NCBI GenBank assembly: GCA_963776345.1
Contig: CAVZMH010000007.1
Coordinates: forward strand, 42,709-106,708
DNA length: 64,000 bases
Reading direction: 5' to 3'
Source of the DNA: an uncultured delta proteobacterium
GTDB lineage: Bacteria > Myxococcota > Myxococcia > Myxococcales > Myxococcaceae
Shown: piece by piece, positions 32,108-41,392 of the stretch
How the letters are laid out: every line of letters begins with the position of its first letter
How positions within the stretch are numbered: the stretch's first letter is position 1
The notes under the pieces: model-generated
The model's database searches: none
What the model was told of the DNA's origin: nothing
Seen by the model: the letters and a program-made list of their open reading frames with translations, nothing else
Program-made: the position numbers and the translations under genes

Positions 32108-33064
32108 GTGAACCGGCTCCGGCAATTCCTCCCCCCGTTCCTGTTCGCGCTCGGAATCGCGGCCTGCCTTCTCGGCGTGCTCTCCTCCTCCGCCGCGCTC
32201 GTCTCGGGCGTCCTCCTCGGCGTGCTGCTCGGCAACCCCTTCCTGGCGCGGACCCGCACGCTGACCTCGAGGTTGCTGGCGCTCTCGGTGATGGGCCTGG
32301 GCGCAGGCATGGACCTCCGGGTCGTCGGCCGGGTGGGGCTCCATGGCATCGGCTACACCATCGTGGGCATCTCCTTCGCGCTGAGCGTGGGTCTCCTTCT
32401 GGGCCGGCTGTTCCGGACCGAGCGGGACACCTCCATCCTGCTCTCGGCCGGGACGGCCATCTGCGGCGGGAGCGCGATCGCCGCGCTCGCCCCGGTGCTG
32501 CGGGCCGAGCAGCACGAGGTCTCGGTGGCCCTCGGCGTGGTGTTCCTGCTCAATGCCGTCGCGCTCCTGGTGTTCCCACCGGTGGGCCACGTGCTGGGGC
32601 TGTCCCAGACCCAGTTCGGCCTCTGGAGCGCGCTGGCCATCCACGACACGAGCTCGGTCGTCGGCGCGGCGCTCCAGTACGGCCGGCAGGCGCTGGAGGT
32701 CGGTACGACGGTGAAGCTGGCGCGCGCGCTGTGGATCGTCCCGCTCACCTTCGCGGTGGGTGCGGTGGTGGCGCGCGGGGCCAAGGAGCGCCCGGGGCAG
32801 TCTCCCCGCCGGCCCTGGTTCATCCTCGGCTTCCTGCTCGCCGCGGCCCTGGCGACGTTCGTCCCGGTGCTCCATCCCGCCGCGGGGCTGGTGAGCGAGG
32901 CGGCGCGGCGGATGCTGGTCGCCACGCTGTTCCTCATCGGGGCCAACCTGACCCGCGACACGCTCCGGATGGTGGGGTTCCGGCCGCTGGTCCAGGGGCT
33001 CTTCCTCTGGGCGGCGGTGGGGACGGGAACGCTCGGGGCGATCCTCGCCGGCTGGATCCGCTAG
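32108..33064 (+). CDS. YeiH / putative sulfate exporter family transporter
   Basis: GTAICGGSAIAALAP, AIHDTSSVVGAA and TVKLARALWI motifs. Confidence 0.9.
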   Translation: MNRLRQFLPPFLFALGIAACLLGVLSSSAALVSGVLLGVLLGNPFLARTRTLTSRLLALSVMGLGAGMDLRVVGRVGLHGIGYTIVGISFALSVGLLLGRLFRTERDTSILLSAGTAICGGSAIAALAPVLRAEQHEVSVALGVVFLLNAVALLVFPPVGHVLGLSQTQFGLWSALAIHDTSSVVGAALQYGRQALEVGTTVKLARALWIVPLTFAVGAVVARGAKERPGQSPRRPWFILGFLLAAALATFVPVLHPAAGLVSEAARRMLVATLFLIGANLTRDTLRMVGFRPLVQGLFLWAAVGTGTLGAILAGWIR

Positions 33065-33115
33065 CGACCGCCCGGCTCGTCGTCCTTCCGGAGCAGGATG
33101 GCCTGCAGACCCTGG

Positions 33116-33291
33116 AGCCGGGAGCTCCCGGAGGACTTCCTCTTGCTTTTCGCCCGTCTTCCTACGCCGTCTGGGCGCAGGCCCACGGCCTGGCGATGCT
33201 CCAGCTCACCCACCTCAAGGGATCCGGTGCCGATTTCGAGAGCGCCGACGAGCAGGCTCTGTGCGCGTTGCTCGCCGGCTGGACCCGGTAG
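33116..33291 (+). pseudogene. C-terminal remnant of a TetR (WHG-type) regulator
   Basis: RELPEDFLLLFARLP in one frame, then YAVWAQAHGLAMLQLTHLKG..DFESADEQAL.ALLAGW-stop in another. No HTH and no start codon. Confidence 0.6.
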
Positions 33292-33308
33292 CAAAGGAGA
33301 AGGAAACC

Positions 33309-34778
33309 ATGACCTCGACCCGCCGGAATCCTCGAGAGGCTCTGTTGCTCGCTGCGGGCGCCGTGCTGATCGTGGCGGCCAATCTCCGCTGGTCCGTCGG
33401 GCTCCTCGCCTGGGTGGCCCCCTTCCCGCTGCTGCGCTTCCTCCGCCTGCGCAACGGCTGGGGGGCGCGGCTTCTCGTGCTCCTGGCCCTGTCGGTGGGC
33501 TGGTGCGCCGCGACGTGGAAGATCGCCACCGCTCCTCTGCCCTCGAGCTTCGCCCTGCTCGGCCTGGGGTTCGCGCTCTTCAACTGGGTTCCGTACCTCG
33601 TCCGGGAGCAGGTCCGGAGGCGGAGCGAGACGCTGGCCGTGTTCGCCTTCGCCGCCGCGGTGGTGGTCGAGGAGTTCCTCCAGCCCCGCCTGACGCCACT
33701 GGCGACGTGGGGATCGGTGGCCTTCACCCAGCTCGACGACCTGCCATTCCTGCAGCTCGCGGCGCTCACCGGAGCGGCGGGGATCACCTTCCTGGTGGCC
33801 TGCACCGCCGCGGCGCTGGAGGCGGTGCTGGTCCCCGCACCGGCAGGCCGCCCGCGCCGGGTGCTCCTCGCCTCCCTGGTGGCGGTCGCCCTGGCCCACG
33901 TGTACGGCGCGGCGCGGCTGGCGACGCCGCTCCCGAAGGAGACCGTCACCGTCGCCGCGGTGGGAACCACGCTCGAGTTCGGACCGTCCACGCCCTTCCC
34001 CGGTGCGGAGGAGCGCGCTCGGGCGCTCGACGCGCTCCTGGACGACACCCGGGCCGCCGCCCGGGCCGGCGCGCGTCTGGTGGTCTGGAACGAAGCCTCG
34101 GAGCTGGTGCTGCGCGACGAGGAGGAGCAGGTCGCCCGGCGGATCGGCGCGGTGGCCCGGGAGCTCGGGGTGGAGATCGTCGCCGCGTACATCGTGCCCC
34201 GCACCGCCAGGCCGCTGCTCTACGAGAACGTTCTCCTCTGGCTATCCTCGGATGGAGAGGTGGTGACCCGCTACCTGAAGCACCGCCCGGCTCCCGGGGA
34301 GCCTGCGGTCCGTGGAACCGGTCCCCTTCCCGTCCGTGACACTCCGCTCGGTCGCATCGGGGCGGCGCTCTGCTACGACGAGGACGATCCGGCCCTGGCG
34401 CTCGAGCAGGGGCGGGCAGAGGTGGACCTGGTGGCGCTTCCGTCCAGCGACTGGCGCGGCATCGATCCGCTCCACACGCAGATGGCGGCGCTCCGCGCGG
34501 TGGAGAACGGCGTGTCCATCGTTCGCTCCACGCGCTCCGGACTGAGCGCGGGCATCGACCCGCTGGGCAGGGCCCGCGCCTGGCAGTCCTCCTTCGAGAC
34601 CGAGGAGCGGGTGCTCCGGGTGGTCCTCCCCAGGCACCGGCTCCCCACGCTCCACGCGGTGGCGGGGGAGCTCGGGGTGTACGCATCGGGCCTCTTCCTG
34701 CTCGTGCTCGGCACCGCGGCGCTGCTGCGGCGCCTCTCGCGGAGATCCAGCTCTCTCGTCCCCTCGCGCGCCTCGTAG
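33309..34778 (+). CDS. Apolipoprotein N-acyltransferase-like membrane CN-hydrolase
   Basis: N-terminal TMs, nitrilase triad WNE / YLK / LCYD, RAVENG and IDPLGR. AGGAG RBS. Confidence 0.85.
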   Translation: MTSTRRNPREALLLAAGAVLIVAANLRWSVGLLAWVAPFPLLRFLRLRNGWGARLLVLLALSVGWCAATWKIATAPLPSSFALLGLGFALFNWVPYLVREQVRRRSETLAVFAFAAAVVVEEFLQPRLTPLATWGSVAFTQLDDLPFLQLAALTGAAGITFLVACTAAALEAVLVPAPAGRPRRVLLASLVAVALAHVYGAARLATPLPKETVTVAAVGTTLEFGPSTPFPGAEERARALDALLDDTRAAARAGARLVVWNEASELVLRDEEEQVARRIGAVARELGVEIVAAYIVPRTARPLLYENVLLWLSSDGEVVTRYLKHRPAPGEPAVRGTGPLPVRDTPLGRIGAALCYDEDDPALALEQGRAEVDLVALPSSDWRGIDPLHTQMAALRAVENGVSIVRSTRSGLSAGIDPLGRARAWQSSFETEERVLRVVLPRHRLPTLHAVAGELGVYASGLFLLVLGTAALLRRLSRRSSSLVPSRAS

Positions 34779-34829
34779 GGCGCGGGCCCCGAGCCGTGGG
34801 GTACCGGCCAGCCCCCGGCAGTTAGGTCA

Positions 34830-36638
34830 TCACTGGTAACCCTTTGCCTGCAGCGTGAAGAGGTGCGCGTAGCGCCCGCCGAGCGCCATCAGCTCCTCGT
34901 GCGTGCCCTGCTCGGCGATCTTCCCCTGCTCGATGACCACGATGCGGTCGGCCCGGCGCACGGTGGAGAAGCGGTGCGAGATGAGGAGGGTGGTCCGCCC
35001 GTGGGCGAGCTGGCGGAAGCGCTCGAAGATGGCGTGCTCGGCCTCGGCGTCCAGCGCGGCGGTGGGCTCGTCGAGGACCAGGATGTCCGCCTCCTCGCGC
35101 ATGAAGGCCCGGGCCAGCGCCACCTTCTGCCACTGGCCGCCGGACAGCTCGGTGCCTTCCTTGAACCAGCGGCCGAGCGGCGTCTCCAGCCCCGCGGGCA
35201 GGGTCCGGAGCACCTCGTCGGCCCCGCCGCGGCCGACGGCGCGCTCGAGCCGCTCCAGATCCTCGGCGTGCTCCACGCTCCCGAAGCCCACGTTGTCGCG
35301 AAAGCGAAACTGGTACTGGTTGAAGTCCTGGAAGATGACGCCGATGCGGCGCCGGAGCGCCTCCTCGTCCCACGTTCGCAGGTCGCGCCCGTCGAGCAGG
35401 ATGCGCCCCTCGGTGGGCTCGTACAGCCGGGTGAGCAGCTTGATGAAGGTGGTCTTGCCCGCGCCGTTCTGTCCGACCAGGGCGAGGCTCTGGCCGCGGG
35501 GGATGAACAGCGAGACGTGCCGCAGCGCCCAGCCCTCGGCGCCCGGGTACCGGAAGCCCACGTCGTCGAAGCGGACGCCCTCTTCCTGTCCGGCAGGGAG
35601 CGCGTCGAGCCCGGGCGGCGGCGCCGGCCGCCCGGTGGGGATGGCCAGGTACTCGAACAGGTTCGACAGGTAGAGGTTGTCCTCGTACATGCCGCCGATC
35701 GCGGTGAGGATGCTCTGGAAGGCCTGCTGCCCCTGACGGAAGGCGACGATGTAGAGCGTCATCAGGCCCAGGGTGAGCCGGCCCGCGGCGGTGGCCACGG
35801 CCATCAGCGCGTAGCAGACGTAGAAGGCGCCGGTGCCGATCAGGCTCAGGGCGGTGCCCCAGCCCGCGCGCTGCACCGCGAGCTTCCGGTCCTCGAGGTA
35901 GAAGCGCTCGCCCAGCGAGCGGTAGCGATCGAGCAGGAGCGGGCCGAGGCCGAAGAGCTTCACCTCCTTGACGTGCTCGTCGTTGGCGATGACGTACTCG
36001 AGGTACATGAGCCGCCGGCTCTCCGGGCTCCGCCAGTTGCGCACCCGGAAGGCCAGCGCGCTGAAGCGCATCTCGGCCACGGTGGCGGGGATGGCGGCGA
36101 CCACCAGCCCGAGCACCGCCCAGCCCGAGAACCGCACCAGCAGCGCGACGTAGCCGGCGAGGGTGAGGAGGTTCTGGACGAGCTGGAAGGACTCGGTGAC
36201 CACCGAGATCGGGCGGCTGGACGCCTCGCGCCGGGCGCGGGTCAGCCGGTCGTAGAACTCGGGGTCCTCGAAGTGGCGGAGCTCGAGCGAGAGCGCCTTT
36301 TCGAGAATCCGCCCGTTGATGACCAGCCCCAGCCGCGCGCCGAGGAGCTGGCGGACCAGGCCGAGGCCGCGGAGGGCGAACGCCTGCAGGGCGACCACCC
36401 CCAGCTCGGTGAGCACCCAGCGGAGCGTGCCCGCTGCGTCCCGGGCGACCACCGCGTCCATGATCTCCTTGCCCACGTAGGCGACCGCGAGCGGCACCAC
36501 CGCCGAGACGAGGGTCAACGCCGCGAGCGCCAGCGTGAGGCGCGACGAGGCAGACCACACCAGGGCCAGCGTGGCCCGGGTGTGCTGGAAGCTCTCGCGA
36601 AGGACGGAGAGCCGGAATCGTGTGACGTCCTCGGCCAC
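34830..36638 (-). CDS. ABC exporter, fused TMD-NBD
   Basis: GQNGAGKTT, LSGGQWQK, LDEPTAALD, ISHR motifs and N-terminal TM domain. Confidence 0.93.
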   Translation of the reverse strand: MAEDVTRFRLSVLRESFQHTRATLALVWSASSRLTLALAALTLVSAVVPLAVAYVGKEIMDAVVARDAAGTLRWVLTELGVVALQAFALRGLGLVRQLLGARLGLVINGRILEKALSLELRHFEDPEFYDRLTRARREASSRPISVVTESFQLVQNLLTLAGYVALLVRFSGWAVLGLVVAAIPATVAEMRFSALAFRVRNWRSPESRRLMYLEYVIANDEHVKEVKLFGLGPLLLDRYRSLGERFYLEDRKLAVQRAGWGTALSLIGTGAFYVCYALMAVATAAGRLTLGLMTLYIVAFRQGQQAFQSILTAIGGMYEDNLYLSNLFEYLAIPTGRPAPPPGLDALPAGQEEGVRFDDVGFRYPGAEGWALRHVSLFIPRGQSLALVGQNGAGKTTFIKLLTRLYEPTEGRILLDGRDLRTWDEEALRRRIGVIFQDFNQYQFRFRDNVGFGSVEHAEDLERLERAVGRGGADEVLRTLPAGLETPLGRWFKEGTELSGGQWQKVALARAFMREEADILVLDEPTAALDAEAEHAIFERFRQLAHGRTTLLISHRFSTVRRADRIVVIEQGKIAEQGTHEELMALGGRYAHLFTLQAKGYQ

Positions 36639-37035
36639 CGGTGCTCGTTCCGGTAACCCGGCGCGACCGAGACTGCAATGGCGCAGACCTCGCTTGCCCC
36701 GGTGAGACGGCGCGGGCACGGTGCGCACCATGCGGCGCTCGGACATCCGGCCTGCGCGACCTCGGTGCGCTCGGGAGTGGCATGGTCGAGCTGGTCAGAG
36801 CGGTCTCGCGATCGTTCGGGGATCCCAAGTTGCGTTCCACGTCCCGAAACGATCGCGGATCGGGCCCGCCGTCGATCCTGAGCCGACGCTGGCGCTGCAG
36901 GCCGGTCGGAGAGGACACCCCGGCCACCGACGCTCGAGTGACTGCGTCCCCCCCGGGGCGAGAACTGCGGTTTCCGGCCCCCGCTTCTGAGCCGAAGTGT
37001 TCAGCGGCGCATCGGCCCGCGACGCGCCGGACGCT

Positions 37036-37761
37036 CTAGCTCCTGCCGGGCGGCACGGCGGCGGTCCCGAGGGCGACGACGCGCCCCCCGGCCTCCTGCA
37101 CGAAGGCCACCACCCGGAGCTGCTCTCGCCGCCAGCTGGGCGACACCCCGAGACGAACGTGGTGCTCGGCGGCGACCGGCCCGTCGTCGACGAGGAGCCG
37201 CGCGACCGGCGCGTGGGCGAGCGTCAGCCCGCGGTTCTCCCCCCGCTCCACCTTGCTGGTCAGCCGGTCCTCGGACAGCGCCACCATCAGCCGCCCCCTG
37301 AGGCCGGCCGGAGGATGGACCGTCACCTCGAGTCCCGGACGGGCGCCCACCACCACCACCTCGAGTCGAGCCTTGCTCCGCGCGGCGGCCTTCTCCACCC
37401 CGCGCCGCAACCCCGACGGGCTGGCGACACCGGAGACCCACCCGTCCACCACCATCTGCGGCGTGTACAGGCCGTCGCCCCCGAGGATCCGCGCGTACTC
37501 CTCCTGGCGCGCGGTGAACTCCGGAGCGGAGTAGGGGTCCGCCCAGCCGAGCTGGTTCCAGTAGTCCACGTGCAGCTCGAGCGGGACGACCTCGGCCGAC
37601 TTCAGCGCCGGGTCGCGCGCCAGCGCCGCAAGCGCGGCGTCCGCCTGCGGGCAGGACGAGCACCCCTCGGAGGTGAAGAGCTCGACCAGCACCGGAGGAC
37701 GGGGCTCGGCGAGGGCGAGGGCGGGGCCGAGCGCGGCGAGGGCGAGGAGGAAACGGATCAT
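37036..37761 (-). CDS. DUF1223 secreted thioredoxin-like protein
   Basis: VELFTSEGCSSCP.AD, HVDYW..LGWADP, YTPQMVVDG and RGENRG motifs. Confidence 0.9.
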   Translation of the reverse strand: MIRFLLALAALGPALALAEPRPPVLVELFTSEGCSSCPQADAALAALARDPALKSAEVVPLELHVDYWNQLGWADPYSAPEFTARQEEYARILGGDGLYTPQMVVDGWVSGVASPSGLRRGVEKAAARSKARLEVVVVGARPGLEVTVHPPAGLRGRLMVALSEDRLTSKVERGENRGLTLAHAPVARLLVDDGPVAAEHHVRLGVSPSWRREQLRVVAFVQEAGGRVVALGTAAVPPGRS

Positions 37762-37768
37762 CGAGGTC

Positions 37769-38515
37769 TCAGGGAACGTGGCTCCCGGTCGGCAGCGCCC
37801 GACGGAGGGGAACGGCGAGCAGCGCGACGGCGAGCCAGGGAAGCGCGTGGAAGCCCATGAGGTGCGGTGCGCTGCCGTCGGTGCAGTGCCAGTGGAGGGC
37901 GAAGAGGCCCGTCGCCGCCGCCGAGAGGCCGAGCGCGGCGGTGCGTGCCGGATCGAGCGCCATCCCGCGCAGCAGCGAGAGGCCCACGGCGAGCGGGACG
38001 ACGGCGGTGAGGAGCACCGTCACCAGGCAGGGCATCGCCGTGCGCATCGTGGTCGCGGTGTGGACGCCGTTGCCGGAGACGACGAGCAGGAGCGGAACGA
38101 CGGGCACCAGCCACAGGAGCAGCCGTGGCCGGCGGCGGCCGGGCGCGAGCGCCAGGACGCTCCCCACCGTCACCAGCGCCAGGAGCAGCGCGCCGACCAG
38201 CCCGAGCGCCAGATGATTCGCCAGGGGAGCGCTCCAGTTCCGGGTGCCGAGCATCGCCGCCACGACCAGCGCCACGCCGCCCTGGAGGAGCGCCACCCGC
38301 CCGGCGTCGCGGGTCCACGGCCTGGCCGGAGTCGTCCGGAGCACCTCGAGCGCGCGGCGGCGCATCGCCTCCAGCGAGGGGGCCGGAGCGGGCGCCGCGG
38401 ACGGCTCGAGGGGCAGGAGCGGCCCGCAGACGGTGCAGCCCTGCGCATGGGCCCGGTGCGCGGGCTCGAGCCGGTCCGAGGCGAGCGCGTCGAGGAAGCG
38501 GTCGCAGTCGCTCAT
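37769..38515 (-). CDS. NrsF/CarR-like (DUF1109) membrane anti-sigma factor
   Basis: N-terminal H-x3-C-x2-C (HAQGCTVC), about 6 TMs, LHWHC..GSAPH..GFH. ATGA-coupled to the sigma factor. Confidence 0.8.
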   Translation of the reverse strand: MSDCDRFLDALASDRLEPAHRAHAQGCTVCGPLLPLEPSAAPAPAPSLEAMRRRALEVLRTTPARPWTRDAGRVALLQGGVALVVAAMLGTRNWSAPLANHLALGLVGALLLALVTVGSVLALAPGRRRPRLLLWLVPVVPLLLVVSGNGVHTATTMRTAMPCLVTVLLTAVVPLAVGLSLLRGMALDPARTAALGLSAAATGLFALHWHCTDGSAPHLMGFHALPWLAVALLAVPLRRALPTGSHVP

Positions 38516-39084
38516 GCGGACTCCTTCTCGGACGCGAGGAGGACGCGAAGCCGCTCGTACCCGCGGTGGGCGCGGACCTTCACCGCGGTCTCGGTGACGC
38601 CGAGCAGCTCCGCGATCTCCCGGAACGAGAACCCCTCGAAGCGGTGGAGCACGATGGCCTCCCGCTGGTTCTCCGGCAGCTGCGCCAGGGCGGCCTCCAC
38701 CGTCCGGGAGAGCCCCGGATCGGGGAGCGGCGTCGGCTCGGCGGCGGTCTCGGGGAGCTCGTCCGTGGCGTGGGGCTCCTCGCGGCGGTGCCGCCGGAGG
38801 TGGTCGCGCGCCGCGTTGACCGCCACCGTGTACAGCCACGGCCGGAACGGCGCCCCCCGCTGGTACCGTCCCCGGGCGCGAACGATGGACAGGAACGTCG
38901 TCTGGAGGACGTCGTCTGCGGCCGGACCGACCATGCGGCGCAGGGCCCCCTGCAGGCGGCCGGCGTGCCGCGTGAACAGCTCGGAAAACGCCTGTTCCTC
39001 GCCCTGGACGAATCGCTCCATCAGCTGCTCATCGGTCTCGGTGCTTCCCGAGGGGGTACGCAGGGGGGGCGGAACAGGTTTCAC
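38512..39084 (-). CDS. ECF RNA polymerase sigma factor (CarQ/SigF-like)
   Basis: DEQLM, ADDVLQTTF, FRPWLYTVAVN and region 4 GFSFREIAELLG..AVKVRAHRG. Start uncertain. Confidence 0.92.
   Translation of the reverse strand: MKPVPPPLRTPSGSTETDEQLMERFVQGEEQAFSELFTRHAGRLQGALRRMVGPAADDVLQTTFLSIVRARGRYQRGAPFRPWLYTVAVNAARDHLRRHRREEPHATDELPETAAEPTPLPDPGLSRTVEAALAQLPENQREAIVLHRFEGFSFREIAELLGVTETAVKVRAHRGYERLRVLLASEKESA
39057..39083 (-). promoter_or_regulatory. Candidate ECF autoregulatory promoter
   Basis: Minus strand TGAAAC-N17-CGTA at the 5' end of the ECF gene. Confidence 0.5.
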
Positions 39085-39198
39085 CGGGGGCTCGCTGGCT
39101 TAGCACGCGTCCGCGGCCGGACGGATTCATGCTAGGTCCTCTGCGGTCACGGCAGGCCCGGGATGGCCTCGGTGCCGCGTGCTGGAGGTAGACCCCCG

Positions 39199-39477
39199 AT
39201 GAAGAAGATGATCGCCGCGCTCGTGCTCTCCCTTCCCCTGGTCGGCTTCGCCCAGACCGCGGAGAAAGTGGGTGCCGACACCAAGGCCGCCGCGGAGAAG
39301 GTGGGCGCCGACACCAAGGCCACCGCGGAGAAGGTGGGCGCTGACACCAAGGCCACCGCGGACAAGGTGGGTGCCGAGGCGAGCAAGACCGCGACCACAA
39401 CCAAGAAGAAGGCCAAGCACAGCGCGAAGAAGGCCTCCAGCGACGCCAAGGCGGCTGTCGACTCGATGACCAAGTAG
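39199..39477 (+). CDS. Small secreted Lys/Ala/Thr-rich 11-mer repeat protein (LEA-like)
   Basis: GGAGG RBS, signal peptide MKKMIAALVLSLPLVGFA, then TAEKVGADTKA about 3.6 times. Confidence 0.8.
   Translation: MKKMIAALVLSLPLVGFAQTAEKVGADTKAAAEKVGADTKATAEKVGADTKATADKVGAEASKTATTTKKKAKHSAKKASSDAKAAVDSMTK
39256..39377 (+). repeat. 33-bp coding tandem repeat
   Basis: ACCGCGGAGAAGGTGGGYGCYGACACCAAGGCC units. Confidence 0.85.
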
Positions 39478-39511
39478 CGGTCGCCCCCGGCCCTCCAGGC
39501 GGGAAACCACG

Positions 39512-39549
39512 CGCCCCGGCGACCCTCGAGGGTGGCCGGGGCGTTGTTG
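39512..39549 (+). terminator. Probable intrinsic terminator
   Basis: CGCCCCGGCGACCC-TCGA-GGGTGGCCGGGGCG stem followed by TTGTTG. Confidence 0.6.
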
Positions 39550-39634
39550 CCCTGAGAGGAACGGTCGATTCCAGGCGCCCCCGGGGTTGCGGCCGGCGGC
39601 GGAACGATGAATCTGGGTGTTCAGGAGAACCCCG

Positions 39635-40513
39635 ATGCCCACCCCCCGTCCCCTCAGCCGCGTCATCCAGGCCCACACCCAGGAGGAAGGGGCCGGCTTC
39701 GTCGTCCGCCGCCCGTTCCCTGCGCCGGGGCTGGTGCAGATCGATCCCTTCCTCCTCCTCGACGAGATGGGCCCCGTCGAGTACGCGCCCGGCCAGGCGG
39801 TGGGCGCGCCCGACCATCCCCACCGCGGCTTCGAGACGGTCACCTACCTGCTCGAGGGCGACTGGGAGCACGAGGACTCCGCGGGGCACAAGGGCCACAT
39901 CGGGCCGGGCGACGTGCAGTGGATGACCGCCGGGGCGGGCGTGGTCCACTCCGAGCTGCCGTCGCAGCGCATCCGCGAGCAGGGCGGCCGGGTCCACGGC
40001 TTCCAGATCTGGGTCAACCTCCCCAGGGGCGACAAGATGATGGCGCCCCGCTACCAGGAGATCCCCAGCGGCCGCCTCCCCGAGAGGACCAGCGAGGACG
40101 GCCTGGCCCGTGTCCGGCTCCTGGCGGGCGAGGCGCTGGGCGGCAAGGCGGTCATCGAGACTCGCACCCCCGTGCTCCTGCACGACTGGACGCTGTCCCC
40201 GGGCGCGCAGATCGACGTGCCGGTCCCGGCCGACTTCCAGGTGTTCGCCTACCTGTTCGGCGGGGCGGTGCGCACCGGCGTCGAGGGACGCGAGGTGCGC
40301 GACGGACAGGCGGCGCTGTTCGGGGCCGGCGACTCGATCCGGCTCGCCGTCCCCGCGGACGCCGGGCGCCCGGCGCGGCTCCTGCTCCTCGGCGGCGTTC
40401 CGCTGCGCGAGCCGGTGGCGCGCTACGGGCCGTTCGTGATGAACAGCCCCGAGGAGATCCACCAGGCCATCGTGGACTTCCAGGCGGGACGGCTGGGGGC
40501 GATCGCCCGCTGA
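39635..40513 (+). CDS. Pirin family protein
   Basis: DPFLLLD, PDHPHRGFETVTY, WMTAGAGVVHSE, FQIWVNLP and YGPFVMN motifs. Confidence 0.95.
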   Translation: MPTPRPLSRVIQAHTQEEGAGFVVRRPFPAPGLVQIDPFLLLDEMGPVEYAPGQAVGAPDHPHRGFETVTYLLEGDWEHEDSAGHKGHIGPGDVQWMTAGAGVVHSELPSQRIREQGGRVHGFQIWVNLPRGDKMMAPRYQEIPSGRLPERTSEDGLARVRLLAGEALGGKAVIETRTPVLLHDWTLSPGAQIDVPVPADFQVFAYLFGGAVRTGVEGREVRDGQAALFGAGDSIRLAVPADAGRPARLLLLGGVPLREPVARYGPFVMNSPEEIHQAIVDFQAGRLGAIAR

Positions 40514-40583
40514 GCCGCGCAGGCGCCGCAGGCGTTCCGGTCGCGCCGCGGACTCCCCCTGCTGCCGCAGCCCCGGCCGCGGC

Positions 40584-41204
40584 TCACTTCGCGGGCGCGG
40601 CCGGCGCGGCCGGGACTGCGGCTCCGGCGGGAGCGGACGCCGCGCTCGCCGTCGCCGAGTCCGCCCGGCGCTTCGCCTCCCCCTCGGCCTCGGTGCGCAT
40701 CGTGGCGAGGCCCTTGTCGAAGTCCTTGCCGATCATCGCGTCCATGTCGGCGACCAGGGAGAAGGCCTTCCCCATGAAGTCGTTGGTGCCGGTCATCGCC
40801 CAGCTGACCTGGGTTCCTCCGCCCTCGGGCTTGAAGGCGAAGTCGGTCTGGTTGACGCTGGCCATCGGCTTGAGGAACTCGAGCCGGATGCCGACCCTCT
40901 GCGCCGGCCGGCTCTCGGTGATGCGCATGTTGCCCTCGCCCACCTTGGAGTTCCCGGCCCAGGCGTAGGTCGCGCCCACGCCGGAGGGCGGGCCCCCGTA
41001 GGTGGTCTTCATCGCCGGATCCAGCCTGGCCCACGGCGACCATCGGTCCCAGGCGTGGAAGTCGTTCACCAGGCCGAAGACCACCTCGGGCGGCGCGGCG
41101 ATCCGCGTGCTCCGCTCCACCCGGTACGTCGATGGGCGCGTGGCGATGAGCACCACCAGGACGACGATGAGGGCGGCGACGCCGATGAGCAACTTGCGCA
41201 GCAT
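40584..41204 (-). CDS. SRPBCC/polyketide cyclase family protein
   Basis: VERSTRIAAPPE, WSPW..LDP, GVGATYAW.GNSKVGEG and IGKDFDKGL motifs. Confidence 0.88.
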   Translation of the reverse strand: MLRKLLIGVAALIVVLVVLIATRPSTYRVERSTRIAAPPEVVFGLVNDFHAWDRWSPWARLDPAMKTTYGGPPSGVGATYAWAGNSKVGEGNMRITESRPAQRVGIRLEFLKPMASVNQTDFAFKPEGGGTQVSWAMTGTNDFMGKAFSLVADMDAMIGKDFDKGLATMRTEAEGEAKRRADSATASAASAPAGAAVPAAPAAPAK

Positions 41205-41392
41205 GTTCGTTCACCTCCGGCGGATGGACCGAACGGCCGCCGCCCGCGAGCCGTCCCCCGTAGCACGGCCCCCGGCGCGCCCGCAGCCGGCAGTCCGCGA
41301 GCGGTCGTCCCGGTGGGGCTGACGGCGAACCTGGGCCGCTGCTACCGTCCCTCGACACTGCGTCGAGTCGGACCGACGGTGGAGGGGACCTC

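Noticed and set aside
39256..39377. 33-bp repeats as a CRISPR array
   Set aside because: Head-to-tail with no unique spacers, in frame within a coding sequence, and no cas genes nearby.
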